From positions 192,001 to 256,000 of the forward strand of contig CAWEWF010000001.1 in the NCBI GenBank assembly GCA_963812605.1: 64,000 bases of DNA, written 5' to 3'. This document shows positions 30,227-41,467 of the stretch, piece after piece. Source of the DNA: an uncultured Verrucomicrobiae bacterium (lineage in GTDB: Bacteria; Verrucomicrobiota; Verrucomicrobiia; Palsa-1439). A program made the translations under genes and the position numbers. Every line of letters starts with the position of its first letter. Position 1 is the stretch's first letter. The notes under the pieces were generated by a model. The model had not been told where the DNA came from and did no database searches. It saw only the letters and a list, made by a program, of their open reading frames with translations.

Positions 30227-31355
30227 TCAGCGTACACCGGCTCTATCCAAGATCGATTGCAGCACCTTCGGCGCGGCGAGTTTCTCCTCCGCCAGCTTGC
30301 GCGCCGCCACGCTGTGCGCGGCGTAATCCGCATTGATTGACTCGATCCCCTGCACCGCTTCCTCGAGGGTCGTAAACGTGAGCAAGCCTTTCCCGTCGGA
30401 AGATGTTTGCCGAAGCCCGTATCCTGCACGAGCGCGGGCCGCGGAGGCGAGATAACACGCCGTGCGGTCGCTTACCCATCCGCTCTGCGTTTTCACGTAG
30501 CCCTGCTTGGCCACGCTGAACTCCGCGCGCGATCGCTGAATATAAGAACGAAAACCGTCACGTCCGCGCGCCGCTTGGTGTGGATTCACCAGCCCCCAAT
30601 GGTTCTTCCGCAACGCCGCAAGATCATCCGTCTCGGTCTCATGGATCAGCAGCGCGAGTTCGATGGACTGCGGTGTCTTGAGCGGCAACTCCACAACCTT
30701 CAGGAATTCATCACACTTCGGTCCGTAAATCTCGTCTTTCCAAACGGCATACTGGCCGCGCCATTGCCCAATCGTTGTAAAGTTTGTCGCGTCGGTGTCG
30801 ATTTGCGCAGGCCAATACTCCAAGCGCCACGGGCGGCAGGAACGTCTGCCATTCGATCCCGCGCGAGGGTATGCCAAAGTCGGGTTGCCCGACATTGAGG
30901 CCCACGGTGAAGAAGAGATTGTGCTTGCTGAGGTCCATGTCCCATTCGTTCGCCCAGATTTGCGTGAAGCCGGGATCGAGGTCGAAATACGCGCGACGCT
31001 GGATGCGACGCAGCAGTTCGTTGTCTTTCAGCGCGCCGCAGAAATTGATTAATAACGCCGCATCACCGCAGAGCGAGTACACCGACCGTTCGTTCATCCC
31101 GAAAACTTTGCGATTGTCGTAGAGAATTGCCCAGTGATCTCCGAGCCCGAATTGTTCGCATTGCACGCGAAACCCGTCCACCATCGCGTCGAGCGATCGC
31201 GGCGCGCCCTTCTTTGGCGACCCGAGAATATCCAGCCAGAACACCTCGAAACCCAGCGCCTGCAAACCCGCGACGTAATGCAGGTTTAGCCACTGCATTC
31301 CGCCGCCTTCGAGATAGCCCGCGCCCCAGGTGCTGGTAATGATGATCTTTTTCAT
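30227..31355 (-). CDS. Glycosyltransferase-fold protein, with frameshifts (probably sequence errors)
   Basis: YVAGLQALGFEV, DLDPGFTQIW, YIQRSRAEFSVAKQGYV..SGWVSDRTACYLAS, and ALVQDTGFGKHLPTG in another frame. Breaks near 30820 and 30390-30445. Confidence 0.7.
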
Positions 31356-33130
31356 GACATTGGCGCGCCGAATTGCAATTCGCACACCCGCGCATAGTGC
31401 CCGCCGCGCGCCACCAGCTCGTCATGCCGGCCGCGTTCGACAATTTGGCCGTCCTGCATGACCAGCAACAAATCGGCCTGCCGCACGGTCGATAACCGAT
31501 GCGCCACGACGAATACCGTGCGCCCCTGCCGCAAGCGTTCCAGCGAACGCAGCACCGCCGCCTCCGTCTCGGAATCGAGCGCGGCGGTCGGTTCGTCGAG
31601 AATCAGGATCGGCGAGTTCTTCAGGAACGCCCGCGCCAGCGCGAGCCGTTGCCGTTGCCCGCCCGAGAGCGTCACCCCGCGCTCGCCAATCGGCGTGTCG
31701 TACCCCTGCGGCATCGCGCGGATGAATTCATCCGCCTCGGCGGCGCGCGCCGCCTCCAGGATTTCGTCCAGCGACGCCGCGGGCCGACCGTACGCGATGT
31801 TGTCGCGCACCGCCGTCGAGAACAGCACCGGCTCCTGCGGCACGATGCCGATCTGGCGCCGCAACGAGCGATATTGAAATTCACGAATATCCTGCCCGTC
31901 GAGCAGTACGCGGCCTTTTTGCGGATCGTAGAAGCGGAGCAACAGGCTCAGCAAGGTCGATTTGCCCACGCCGCTCGGGCCAACCAACGCCACCATTTGA
32001 CCGGGCCGCGCTTCGAAGTCGACGCCCTTGAGGACGGGATGGTTCGAATCATAACCGAACCACACGCTCTCGAAGCGTACCACACCGTCGCAACGCGTGA
32101 GCGGTCGCGCGCCGGGCGCGTCGCCAATCGTCGGTTTCGTTTCGAGGATCTCGATAACGCGGCGGAATGGCGTGAGCGCGCCCTGGACCGCCGTGGCGAT
32201 GCCGCTGATCGTGCTCATCGGGCCGTAGAGCATTCCAACATAGGTGATGAAGACGAGCAATTCGCCGATGCTGAGCCGGCCCGCCAGCACGCGCTGGCCG
32301 CCAACCCAAATCATCGCCACCGTTCCGACCGCCGTGATCAGCCCGACGACAAACGACGAAATCACCTGCACTTTCGTCATGCGCACGTTGGCGTCCACGC
32401 TTTGCGCCGCGCCCGTGTTGAAGCGCCGCACCTCGTCTTCTTCGCGCGCAAACGCCTGGATGGTGCGAATGGCCGAGAGCGACTCCTGGATCATCGCGCT
32501 GACTTTGCTCTCGCGCGTGTGATACTCGGTCGAAACATCCGTCATCAGGCGATTGTAATGTTTGATGGTCAACGCCAGCGCCGGCGCGACGACCAGCGCC
32601 AGCAGCGTCAGCACCACGTCGAACCGCAGCATGATGATCATCATCCCGATCAACGTCGCAATGGCCGACACCAACGGGATGAGCCCGCCGTTGAAAATCG
32701 TCTGGATGGAATACGTGTCCCACGTCACGCGGTAAATCGAATCGCCCACCGCCCGGCCGTCGTGGAACACCAGGCTCAGTTTTTGCAGGTGTTCATACAC
32801 CCGGAACCGCAACTCCTGCGTCATCCGCAGCCCCGCGCGCACGAGATACATCGTCCCCCACGCCGCAAGCCCGCCGCGCACGATATTAATGACCAGCAGC
32901 GCCAGGCACACCATGAGCAACGCCCCGGCTTTATTGTCAGCAAACCCCGCCAGTGACGCCGGCATGGGTACCGAGCCGAGAATGCTATCGACAATAATCT
33001 TTAACGGCCACGGCTGCAGCAGGCTCGCGGCGATGCTAAACAATGTCAGCACCAGCCCGACCAGCGCGGCGCGCTGCTGGCCGCGAATCAGCGACCAAGC
33101 ATGCGGCCAAAGTTTGGGCGTCTGGTTCAT
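31352..33130 (-). CDS. ABC exporter, fused permease/ATPase (MsbA-like)
   Basis: LLQPWPLKIIVD, six-TM domain, GPSGVGKST, LSGGQRQR, ILDEPT, AHRLST. Confidence 0.93.
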   Translation of the reverse strand: MNQTPKLWPHAWSLIRGQQRAALVGLVLTLFSIAASLLQPWPLKIIVDSILGSVPMPASLAGFADNKAGALLMVCLALLVINIVRGGLAAWGTMYLVRAGLRMTQELRFRVYEHLQKLSLVFHDGRAVGDSIYRVTWDTYSIQTIFNGGLIPLVSAIATLIGMMIIMLRFDVVLTLLALVVAPALALTIKHYNRLMTDVSTEYHTRESKVSAMIQESLSAIRTIQAFAREEDEVRRFNTGAAQSVDANVRMTKVQVISSFVVGLITAVGTVAMIWVGGQRVLAGRLSIGELLVFITYVGMLYGPMSTISGIATAVQGALTPFRRVIEILETKPTIGDAPGARPLTRCDGVVRFESVWFGYDSNHPVLKGVDFEARPGQMVALVGPSGVGKSTLLSLLLRFYDPQKGRVLLDGQDIREFQYRSLRRQIGIVPQEPVLFSTAVRDNIAYGRPAASLDEILEAARAAEADEFIRAMPQGYDTPIGERGVTLSGGQRQRLALARAFLKNSPILILDEPTAALDSETEAAVLRSLERLRQGRTVFVVAHRLSTVRQADLLLVMQDGQIVERGRHDELVARGGHYARVCELQFGAPMS

Positions 33131-34209
33131 TCCGTTCCTACCGCTTCGGCGATACTCCCAAATCCATCGCGGGCAAGCAATCGCAGCAGTCCGCGATTGA
33201 TGTTCCGCACGATGGCCGGGCCTTCGTAAATCATTCCCGTCCAAACTTCAACCAGGCTCGCACCCGCGCGGATCTTCTCGTAGGCGTCTTCCGCCGTGAA
33301 AATTCCGCCGACACCGATGATCGGCAGCTTGCCCTGCGTTTGTCGACAGATATGGCGGACACATTCAGTGGCCCGCGCCCGCAACGGCGCGCCGCTCAGT
33401 CCGCCTTCCGGGGGCGTCGGATGGTCGATGGTTGTATTCGTGGCGACAATGCCTGCGATTCCGTGCTTCTGGACCAGGGTGACCACGTCGTCGATCTGAT
33501 CAAAAGTCAGGTCGGGAGCGATTTTTATCAGCATCGGAACTTGCCTGGAGGGCGAGCCGTTGGGAAAATGCGCGGCTCGGCTGGAGCCTCGCCCTCCAGA
33601 AATCTCCGTCAATAACTCATCCAACATTTCCTTGTCCTGCAACTTCCGCAAGCCGGGCGTGTTGGGCGAGCTGACGTTAATGATGAAAAAATCGGCGCGG
33701 TCATGAAGTTTATGGAGAGTGTCAGCGTAGCTTTCGCCGGCCCGCGCCAAATCCACGTCGCGGTTTTTCCCGACATTGATGCCGATGGGGATGCGGTGCG
33801 GGGGCGGCGGAATACGAGCCGCAATCGCCTCGGCGCCATCATTATTGAAGCCCATGCGATTGATGAGCGCGCGTTGATCGACCCGGCGAAAAAGACGGGG
33901 TGGTTCGGTGCCTGGCTGCGCTCGCGAAGTCACGCTGCCGATCTCCACAAAACCAAACCCCAGCGCCGGCCATAATTCCAGCCCCAGCGCGTTCTTGTCG
34001 TAGCCCGCGGCCAGTCCAACGGGATTGGGGAATTCGATGCCAAACACCGTCTGGCGAAGGCGTCGGTCTTCCACGACGAACAGACTCTCGACGGCGTCCG
34101 AAGCGATGCGGCAACGGCCCAGCGACGCAACGAGGTTCAACGCCCGCTCATGGGCAGCTTCGGGATCGGCTTGGAAAAGCCTGGGACGCACGAACGCCTT
34201 GTAGAACAT
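33127..34209 (-). CDS. pyrD: Dihydroorotate dehydrogenase (quinone, class 2)
   Basis: NPVGLAAGYDKN, NRMGFNN, NVSSPNTPGLR, KIAPDL, TNTT, GGLSG, IGVGGI. Confidence 0.95.
   Translation of the reverse strand: MFYKAFVRPRLFQADPEAAHERALNLVASLGRCRIASDAVESLFVVEDRRLRQTVFGIEFPNPVGLAAGYDKNALGLELWPALGFGFVEIGSVTSRAQPGTEPPRLFRRVDQRALINRMGFNNDGAEAIAARIPPPPHRIPIGINVGKNRDVDLARAGESYADTLHKLHDRADFFIINVSSPNTPGLRKLQDKEMLDELLTEISGGRGSSRAAHFPNGSPSRQVPMLIKIAPDLTFDQIDDVVTLVQKHGIAGIVATNTTIDHPTPPEGGLSGAPLRARATECVRHICRQTQGKLPIIGVGGIFTAEDAYEKIRAGASLVEVWTGMIYEGPAIVRNINRGLLRLLARDGFGSIAEAVGTE
33545..33599. repeat. REP-like palindrome inside the pyrD coding sequence
   Basis: ctggagggcgag...ctcgccctccag (12-bp terminal inverted repeat) with internal cggctcggctggagcc. 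Confidence 0.7.
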
Positions 34210-34288
34210 GGGGCTACCATGGCAAATTGGCTGGACGCTTGCTATATTTTTGTGTTGGGACGATACTAGGGGTGTGAAACCTCGAGCC

Positions 34289-34789
34289 ATGACGCCCGAA
34301 GTTCAGAAGCATATCGAGTACGCGTCGGGTTATCTTGACCTGAAGATGTACGATGACGCGATGCGGGAGGCTGACAAGGCGTTGGCGCTCGCCCCCAATT
34401 CCCGGGAAGCCATCGGCATCAAGTCCGACGTGCTCTGCCAGGCCAACCGGCTGAAGGAGGCCGAGCCGTTTATGGCCCAGCTTGCCGAATTGAGCCCAAG
34501 CGACTCCGCGATTTGGATCAATCTCGCCTACATCCGTCGGCGCACGCAATCGATCGACGCGGCAGTGGACACCTTGCAGCGCGCGTTTGACGCCAATCCC
34601 CAAGACGCGCTGGCGCACTACAACATGGCCTGCTACCGCGCCGTCCAGCATCGGGCAGAAGAAGCGATTGAACTGCTCAAGAACGCTTTGCACCTGAATC
34701 CGAAGTTGAAGGTGCTCGCGAAAGCCGAGGCGGACTTCACCGGGCTGCGCGAACTGCCCGCCTTCCAAAAACTGCTCGGCAGCCGCTGA
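34289..34789 (+). CDS. TPR-repeat protein
   Basis: ASGYLDLKMYDDA, WINLAY, AHYNMACY, ALHLNP. Confidence 0.85.
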   Translation: MTPEVQKHIEYASGYLDLKMYDDAMREADKALALAPNSREAIGIKSDVLCQANRLKEAEPFMAQLAELSPSDSAIWINLAYIRRRTQSIDAAVDTLQRAFDANPQDALAHYNMACYRAVQHRAEEAIELLKNALHLNPKLKVLAKAEADFTGLRELPAFQKLLGSR

Positions 34790-34939
34790 CCCGTGTTCGG
34801 CCTGCCGCGGAAATTCTTGTTTTCCTGGTCTTTCGTCTTGTCATGCCCGCCGGTTTTTGCCACTCTCGCCTTGGCGAGTTTGGGACGGCGCGCACAGGTG
34901 CGCGCCTAAATTGAGCAGGCAACTTGGAGGAAAACGGTT

Positions 34940-35374
34940 ATGGACAACAACACACCCCCGCAGTCAGTTATTTCCAGCGAAGTCGAAATCACCGGTACGA
35001 TCAAAAGCTCCGGCTCCATCCGTGTCGATGGCAAGCTGGATGGTGAATTGCATTGCACCGGCGATGCCATCATCGGCAAGTCCGCGCAGATCAAAGGCAA
35101 CATCGTGGTCACCTCGGCGACCATCGAAGGCGCCGTCCAGGGCAACGTCACCGCCAAGGACCGCATCGAGATGAAATCCTCCGCCCGCGTGACGGGGGAT
35201 ATCCGCGCCAAACGGCTCAGCGTCGAGGATGGCGTGACCTTCATCGGTCGCTCCGAGGTCAATCCTTCCGGCTCGCCGCTCAGCGCGGCCGCGCCGGTGA
35301 TGAGCGAATCGACCGAGACCGCCGACGACGAGCACGCCGAGGCGGCCACCGTCCGGACTTTCGGACGGCGCTAA
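34940..35374 (+). CDS. Bactofilin (polymer-forming cytoskeletal protein)
   Basis: SVISSEVEITGTI...IRVDGKLDGEL...IEGAVQGNV...VTGDIRAKRLSVEDG. Confidence 0.92.
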   Translation: MDNNTPPQSVISSEVEITGTIKSSGSIRVDGKLDGELHCTGDAIIGKSAQIKGNIVVTSATIEGAVQGNVTAKDRIEMKSSARVTGDIRAKRLSVEDGVTFIGRSEVNPSGSPLSAAAPVMSESTETADDEHAEAATVRTFGRR

Positions 35375-35418
35375 TGCGTCGTGCCGGTTGGCGGCACGTG
35401 TTCTTACGGGAGTGAGCT

Positions 35419-36150
35419 GTGCCCAAGAACCGCAAGGTCAACACACTCGATAGCTACGCGACGATCCGTGCCGTCGCGCGCACCAAACCTGTGCCCGGCT
35501 CGCCACCGGCGGAGGAGGCGGTCCCGACCGACGCGCCGGCGGTTGACCTGCAGAAGCCGGGCGCGCGGGTGGCGCGGACCACGGTTCCCGTCAAACACCA
35601 CATCGAGTGCTACGAGTGCGGTTACAAATTCCAGGTGCATGGACGCGCGACGACGACCCACTGCCCCAAATGCCGCGTGTTGCTCGATTTCAAGGATTAC
35701 CTCATCGACTCCGAGTGGGTGGACACGATCAAGACGGCCGGCACCATCCGCCTCGCCGCCACGGGCGTGCTCAAAAGCGGGGACTTGATTGGCGCGGAGG
35801 TGATCATCGAGGGAATCATCGAAGGCGGACGGGCCCGCGCCTTGCGGACCATTGAACTGGGGGCGGGCGCGATTTTCTCGGAGAAAGCCGTGTCCGCCCC
35901 TGATCTCCGCATCGCGCCAGGGGCGGAATTCAAATTCAAGCAGGACGCCCGTTACCGCAACGTCGAGATCTTCGGCACCCTCCATACCAAGCTTGAATCC
36001 ACGGGGATTATTACTGTGAAAGCCGGCGGACTGCTGACGGGTGAGGTCCAGGCCCAGCATCTCGTGGTGGAAGAGGGCGGCGGACTGCAAGCGATGCTGC
36101 GCATTGCCCCCAAATCGGAACTTATCCCCGAAGGCGAAGAAGCCGCCTAA
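35419..36150 (+). CDS. Zinc-ribbon + bactofilin-repeat protein
   Basis: CYEC...CPKC followed by bactofilin-like beta-helix (GEVQAQHLVVEEGG). Confidence 0.8.
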   Translation: MPKNRKVNTLDSYATIRAVARTKPVPGSPPAEEAVPTDAPAVDLQKPGARVARTTVPVKHHIECYECGYKFQVHGRATTTHCPKCRVLLDFKDYLIDSEWVDTIKTAGTIRLAATGVLKSGDLIGAEVIIEGIIEGGRARALRTIELGAGAIFSEKAVSAPDLRIAPGAEFKFKQDARYRNVEIFGTLHTKLESTGIITVKAGGLLTGEVQAQHLVVEEGGGLQAMLRIAPKSELIPEGEEAA

Positions 36151-36168
36151 CAGAACTTCCCATGCCCG

Positions 36169-36240
36169 TTGTAGCCGCGCCTCTATGAGGCGCGCACCCC
36201 GGCGCGAAACCCGACATGGCTCACAGAGCCGTGCCTACAA
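36169..36240. repeat. REP doublet (TGTAG family) between convergent genes
   Basis: ttgtagccgcgcctctatgaggcgcg ... atggctcacagagccgtgcctacaa. Confidence 0.7.
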
Positions 36241-36261
36241 GGACCGGTTTTGTTAGGCGCT

Positions 36262-38073
36262 CTACGCACCCCGCAACGCGGCGTGGTATTCTTGCAGCGA
36301 ACAGACGGTGAGGCCCCTTTCGCGGAGCGCCTTGATCCCCAGCAAGGCGGCGTTGGCGCCCGCCAACGTCGTCATGATGGAAATCTTGTGGGCGACCGCC
36401 GCGGTGCGGATTTGGACCTCGTCCGCGCGCGGCGTCTTGCCGGCGGGCGTGTTGATGACCAGGTTGATTTCGTTGTTCTTGATCAAGTCGAGCACGTTCG
36501 GGCGGCCTTCTGTGAGCTTGAAGAGAAACTGGACCTTGATGCCATTCTCTTCCAGCACTTTCGCCGTGCCGCCGGTGGCGCACAGCTCGAACCCGAGTTC
36601 GCTGAAGCCCCTCGCGAGCGGCACAACGAGTTTCTTGTCGGAGTCACGCACGCTGATGAAGACCCGGCCCCGCTGCGGCAACGCGGGTGAAGCGGCCAAT
36701 TGCGATTTGGCATAAGCCATCCCCCAATCCTTGCCGATCCCCATCACTTCGCCCGTGGACCGCATTTCGGGTCCCAAGCAGGATGTCTTGTCCCGGAAAT
36801 TTGTTGAACGGGAAGACCGATTCCTTCACGCAGTAGTACTTCGGCCGGATTTCCCGGGTGAACCCGAGTTCGGGGAGTTTCTTGCCGGTCATTACCTTGG
36901 CCGCGAGCTTCGCCAGCGGCACGCCGATGGCCTTGCTGACGAATGGCACGGTGCGCGAGGCGCGCGGGTTCACTTCCAGCACCCAGACGTTTTTGCCTTT
37001 CACCGCAAATTGCACGTTCATCAGGCCCGCGACTTTCAATTCGCGCGCCATCGCCTCGCTGTAACGGCGCATCGTGTCGATGTTCTCGGGCCAGATCGAA
37101 TGCGGCGGCAACACCATGGCCGCGTCGCCGCTATGGCAACCCGCAAACTCGATGTGCTCCAGCATTCCGCCGACCACGACCGTGTCCCCGCCCAACGCCA
37201 ATGTCGGCAATGCAATCCACGTCCACTTCGAAGGCTTCTTCGAGGAATTTGTCCACCAGCACGGGCCGTTCGGGCGACGCCTCGACGGCAAAACGCATGT
37301 AGTGGCGGATTTCGTCGTCGCTGTAAACGATCTGCATCGCGCGCCCGCCGAGCACGAACGACGGACGCACCAGCACGGGATAGCCAACCTTGTGCGCCGC
37401 CGCGAGCGCTTCTTCTTCATTGACCGCCAGGCCATTCGGCGGCTGCGGGATGCCGAGCTTGTCGAGCATCGCGGAAAACATCTTGCGGTCCTCGGCCATT
37501 TCAATGCTCTGCGGCGACGTGCCGATGATGTTGACGCCGTTTTTCTGCAGGCCCAGCGCCAGGTTGAGCGGAGTCTGCCCGCCGAATTGCGCGATCGCGC
37601 CCCAGCACTGTTCGCGCTCGTAAATATGCAGCACGTCTTCCAGCGTCAGCGGCTCGAAAAACAACTTGTCGCTGGTGTCGTAATCGGTGGAGACCGTCTC
37701 GGGATTCGAGTTCACCATGATGGTCTCGAGCCCGAGTTCCTTCAAGGCGAACGCCGCATGCACGCAGCAGTAATCAAACTCGATCCCCTGCCCGATGCGG
37801 TTCGGTCCGCCGCCGAGGATCATCACCTTGCGCGTGTCGGTCTTCCGCACCTCATCGTCGCCCGTGTCGTAGGTCGAATAGTAATACGGCGTGTAAGCCT
37901 CAAATTCCGCCGCGCACGTGTCCACCAGCCGATACGACGGCACCAGCCCGATCTTCTTGCGCAACGCCCGCACCTCATCCTCCGTGCTCCCGACCAGCGC
38001 CGCAATCTGCCGGTCGGAAAAGCCCAGTGGACTTGGCTTTCTGAAGAAGTGACTGCTTGTGAATGCTCGCCAT
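36262..38073 (-). CDS. carB: Carbamoyl-phosphate synthase large chain, C-terminal half (separate gene, three apparent indels)
   Basis: ATG at 38073 ([14 protein letters not shown]), then [55 protein letters not shown] and the MGS domain. Frame breaks near 38030, 37190 and 36775. Confidence 0.9.
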
Positions 38074-38189
38074 CGCCCGCGACCTTAGCGAAGCGTTACG
38101 TTTTTGACAAGAGGGTTACCGCGCCGGTTGAAGCTTCGTTGCACGCAATGCCAGAACTCAGGCGCGCAAGATCAAATCAAAACAGATTG

Positions 38190-38678
38190 TCACTTCTTCT
38201 CGAAAATCATCACGGCATTTTCGTCAGGGTCGCCATGGGTCATAAGGAGACCGTAAGGCGCCGCCTTTCCCGTAAAGTCTAGTGAATCCATCCTGCTGTC
38301 TGTATCGGAAAAGCGAATGCTCCAAACGCTCTGGGTGCCGTATGTAGTGATAATATTATCGCAATACCAGTGGCCCGTCGTTGAAATAAAGCCTGCGAAC
38401 TGGAAGTTAGTCCAGGTCGGATAATTGACGATTTGGAATGAGCCATCTGCCTGCAAATCCAATTGACTCTGCCGCCCCTGAAGAATCGCCATGCCGTTTG
38501 TGGTGATTGTCTGCTGGGTAAGCAAGTAGCTGCCGACGATGTCCTCCTGCTTTGGTCGGGTCGTTGTCAACGTGTGCGCATACCGATCCCAACTATCATC
38601 AAAATGTTCGCAACCAACTAGATGGCCTAATATGCAGACGGTGATCACGAGGCCAAAGAAGCGATTGATCCGCAGCAT
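38190..38678 (-). CDS. Hypothetical lipoprotein (lower GC)
   Basis: Signal peptide ending in lipobox LVGC. 162 aa. Confidence 0.65.
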   Translation of the reverse strand: MLRINRFFGLVITVCILGHLVGCEHFDDSWDRYAHTLTTTRPKQEDIVGSYLLTQQTITTNGMAILQGRQSQLDLQADGSFQIVNYPTWTNFQFAGFISTTGHWYCDNIITTYGTQSVWSIRFSDTDSRMDSLDFTGKAAPYGLLMTHGDPDENAVMIFEKK

Positions 38679-38779
38679 GAACTAGACATTATCGCACGAC
38701 AGCAAGCTTAACAAGCGGACGGTGGAAGGTGCTATCATGATTTGAGTGTTGTCCGAAACCGCAGGATCTTTCCTCGCGG

Positions 38780-38849
38780 TGTCATTCTGAGCGAAGCGAA
38801 GAATCTGGCTCGCATTCAGGCTAGACCCTTCGCTTTGCTCAGGGTGACA
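38780..38849. repeat. GTCATTCTGAGCGAAGCGAAG-type palindromic repeat
   Basis: tgtcattctgagcgaagcgaagaatct...agacccttcgctttgctcagggtgaca. Confidence 0.85.
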
Positions 38850-38888
38850 GACAATTCTCCCCGTTTGTGTAAAACGCACTGCGGAACG

Positions 38889-41055
38889 TCAGCGGCTGGA
38901 GGCGACCTGCTTGGCGGGCGGCGCGGTGCTGGAGCGGATTTCGTAGAGGTGGTAGCCGATCTCCCGGGCGGCGCGGATGGTCTCGGTGTAGGGGGTGTCG
39001 GCCACGTCGACGAAACCATTTTGGTAATTCTCGCCGTCGAGCGTGCGGCCCGTCGTCGGTTCGTCGCGATAGGAGAACCAGTGGCAACCGACGATGTTCG
39101 GATGGCGGAGCGCGTCGGTCACGAAACCTTTGTACGCGGTGGCGCGCTCCGCTTGGTCCTTAACCCTCACCAGACCCGGGTAAAATTGTCCACGATCCGT
39201 CGCGCCGAAATGGAATTCGCCGATCATCACCGGCACGTCCACATTCTCGGGCAATTTGAAATCGGCGACCGAACGACGGTAAATATTGTAGCTGAGCACA
39301 TCACAGTAATGGGCGGCGGTTTCGACGACAGCCGGGTTTGAACCGGAGAAGCGACAGCCCAGGTAAAGGTGGTTCGGCGCGGTCTTATGCACGGCCTGGC
39401 TGCAGAGTTTGAAGTACTGTCGGGCGGTGTGCTTGTAGAACGCCAGCAAATCATCGCGGGCCCGCGCTTTGTCCGGCGTCTCGCGGCTTTCGATGATGTC
39501 ACCCCAAGACTTGTAGCTCATTCCCCAGCCGGCATTGAGCTTCTCGAATGTCGTGATACTTCGCCATCAGATCGGCCACGAGAACCTGCTTGGCCGCCTG
39601 GTACGGGGGCGAATCGAGCGTCGCCAGCGCGAGTGAAACATCGCTGCCCCAGCCGATCTCGTTGTCGATGAAATAACCCATGCACCACGGGTCGTTCGCG
39701 GTGGCCCTGGCCTGGTCCGCCACGCTGGCGCGCAGTTGCCGGCCGAAGTCAGGATCAAACACATCGCGGAATCGTCCCCAATACCCTTTCGTCCCTTCGA
39801 GCGGCTTGCTGGAAAAATGGACCGCCTCCACGTATGGGGTCCGCTGCAGCGCGCAGATCGCGGGGTCGGACCAATTGCCAATCGTGTTCAGGCCCCAGCT
39901 CCGCAATCGCTCTTGCGTCATCTCCGCAAAATCGCCGGTCCAGCTCGCGCCGTACTTGCGTTTCAAGTTGGCGCCTGGAAAATCGTAACAAGCTGGCTTC
40001 GTGTCGAGATAATGGCCCCACTGCGACTCGCTGGTGGAAAGAAACTCCTTGTACTCGGGTTGCGTTCCGGGAAAATCCTGGAACCACGTGGCGCGACCCT
40101 CCAGCGGCGTTGTTTCGCCGGGCCAAATGCAGTCGATCCCGTTCGAAAAGAACAATCGCCCCTCGGGATCCACCAGCCACCACTTCCCGCGGAACTTGGC
40201 GGTGCGGAAAAAGCCCGTTCCCAGCAGGAGCGGCCCGTTTTTCCAGCCGCCGTACCTGTCCCACGATCTCGCCCCGCGCCACGTCGCTAATTCATCCAAT
40301 TCCGCGGCCCGCCGCGCGGTCAAGTCCTCGAGGGCGTGCGTTTTATTCGGCCAATCCGTATGAAGGTACTGCCCGAAGGTGTCGATGAATGGAAAGAGCG
40401 ACTGCAAGGCATCCGGCGGCTTTTCGACGCCGACTTTAAGAGAACTCAACCGCACGTCGCCAATCTCGAAGCTGAATTTGCTTTTCGGTTTCAGGACAAT
40501 GATGGACACGCGCGCGACCATGCCGGGGTCGATCGTGTCCTCACCAGATTCCGGCGGCGGAAAGCCGTGCATCCCGAACATATGAATCCCGGCCAGGCTG
40601 AAAGCCGACCGCTTGAAGGCCACCGCCAGCCTGCCCTGCGCGCCCGGCGCGAGCGTCACCTGACCCTCATTGGAGTGCAACGGCGGATCCGCGTCGGCGT
40701 TTTCCACGCGGCAGACAACGGTGAGCTCGTTCGCGCCCACATTGCGCACGTCCAGCATCAGCCCGTCGTGATCCGCGAGATTCCACCCGCCGTGCGGCGC
40801 TTTCAACACGATGCCGGCCCACGCCGCGTCGTCCTCGCCATCCACATGCAGCGCCATGCCAGAGTCGAGTTTCGCAGTCGTAACATCCACACTGCGCAGC
40901 TCGACGGCGTCGTTCGGTTTGCCGCCGTGTGTAAAAGCAAACAACACCGACTCGGCATTAACCCGAGCGGTGCTGATCCATCCCACCAGCAGGCAAACCC
41001 CGGCGACCACCATGCTGGTTGCCGTCGCGGGCCGAAATAAAATTTTTCCCAACAT
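38889..41055 (-). CDS. GH50-family (beta-agarase-like) secreted glycoside hydrolase, one frameshift near 39545
   Basis: Signal peptide and CBM-like N-domain. DPEGRLFFSNGID, RLRSWGLNTIGNWS, GYFIDNE, HLYLGCRF, IGEFHFGA, DGENYQNGFVDVADTPY, spread over two adjacent ORFs. Confidence 0.85.
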
Positions 41056-41359
41056 TCTCCGCTTCTCTTACAGAAGGGTACGCCAGAATTTCACAACGTC
41101 AATAAGGCGATGCGATTTTTTGAAGATTCTTTGTGAAAAATGGTAACCCGTGGTAGCCGGTTTCGCGTCTTTGAGAGAAACGCGGCGCCGTGCTCCGTGA
41201 TTCCGTGCGGTGCTTCTTGTTTCAACTTGCCCGATTGAAGCATGCAAACGATATTTCGCGCAAGCATCATGCATTCCGCAAGGAAACCGGCTCCCGACCT
41301 CGGGGCCTTTGAGTCTGCGGTCTGGCCCTAAGAACCCCGGATAGAATTTCCCATCCGTG

Positions 41360-41467
41360 TTGTAGGCCGACTCTGTGAGTCGGCGAGTTTCCCAAAGGAT
41401 TTCGCCGCTTCGCAGAAGCGGCCTACAACCTGAAAGACTTTTTTGGAAAACTGCTAGGCGGGCTACA
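41360..41467. repeat. REP cluster (TGTAG family) at the 3' end of the carB N-half
   Basis: ttgtaggccgactctgtgagtcggcg ... cgccgcttcgcagaagcggcctacaa, plus ggcgggctaca overlapping the carB stop. Confidence 0.75.

Noticed and set aside
38100-38760. Integron cassette (attC) around the lipoprotein gene
   Set aside because: No matching RYYYAAC/GTTRRRY pair with complementary arms, and no integrase.
38682-38879. 65-aa ORF containing CHPEQSEGS
   Set aside because: Translation of the palindromic repeat at 38780-38849.
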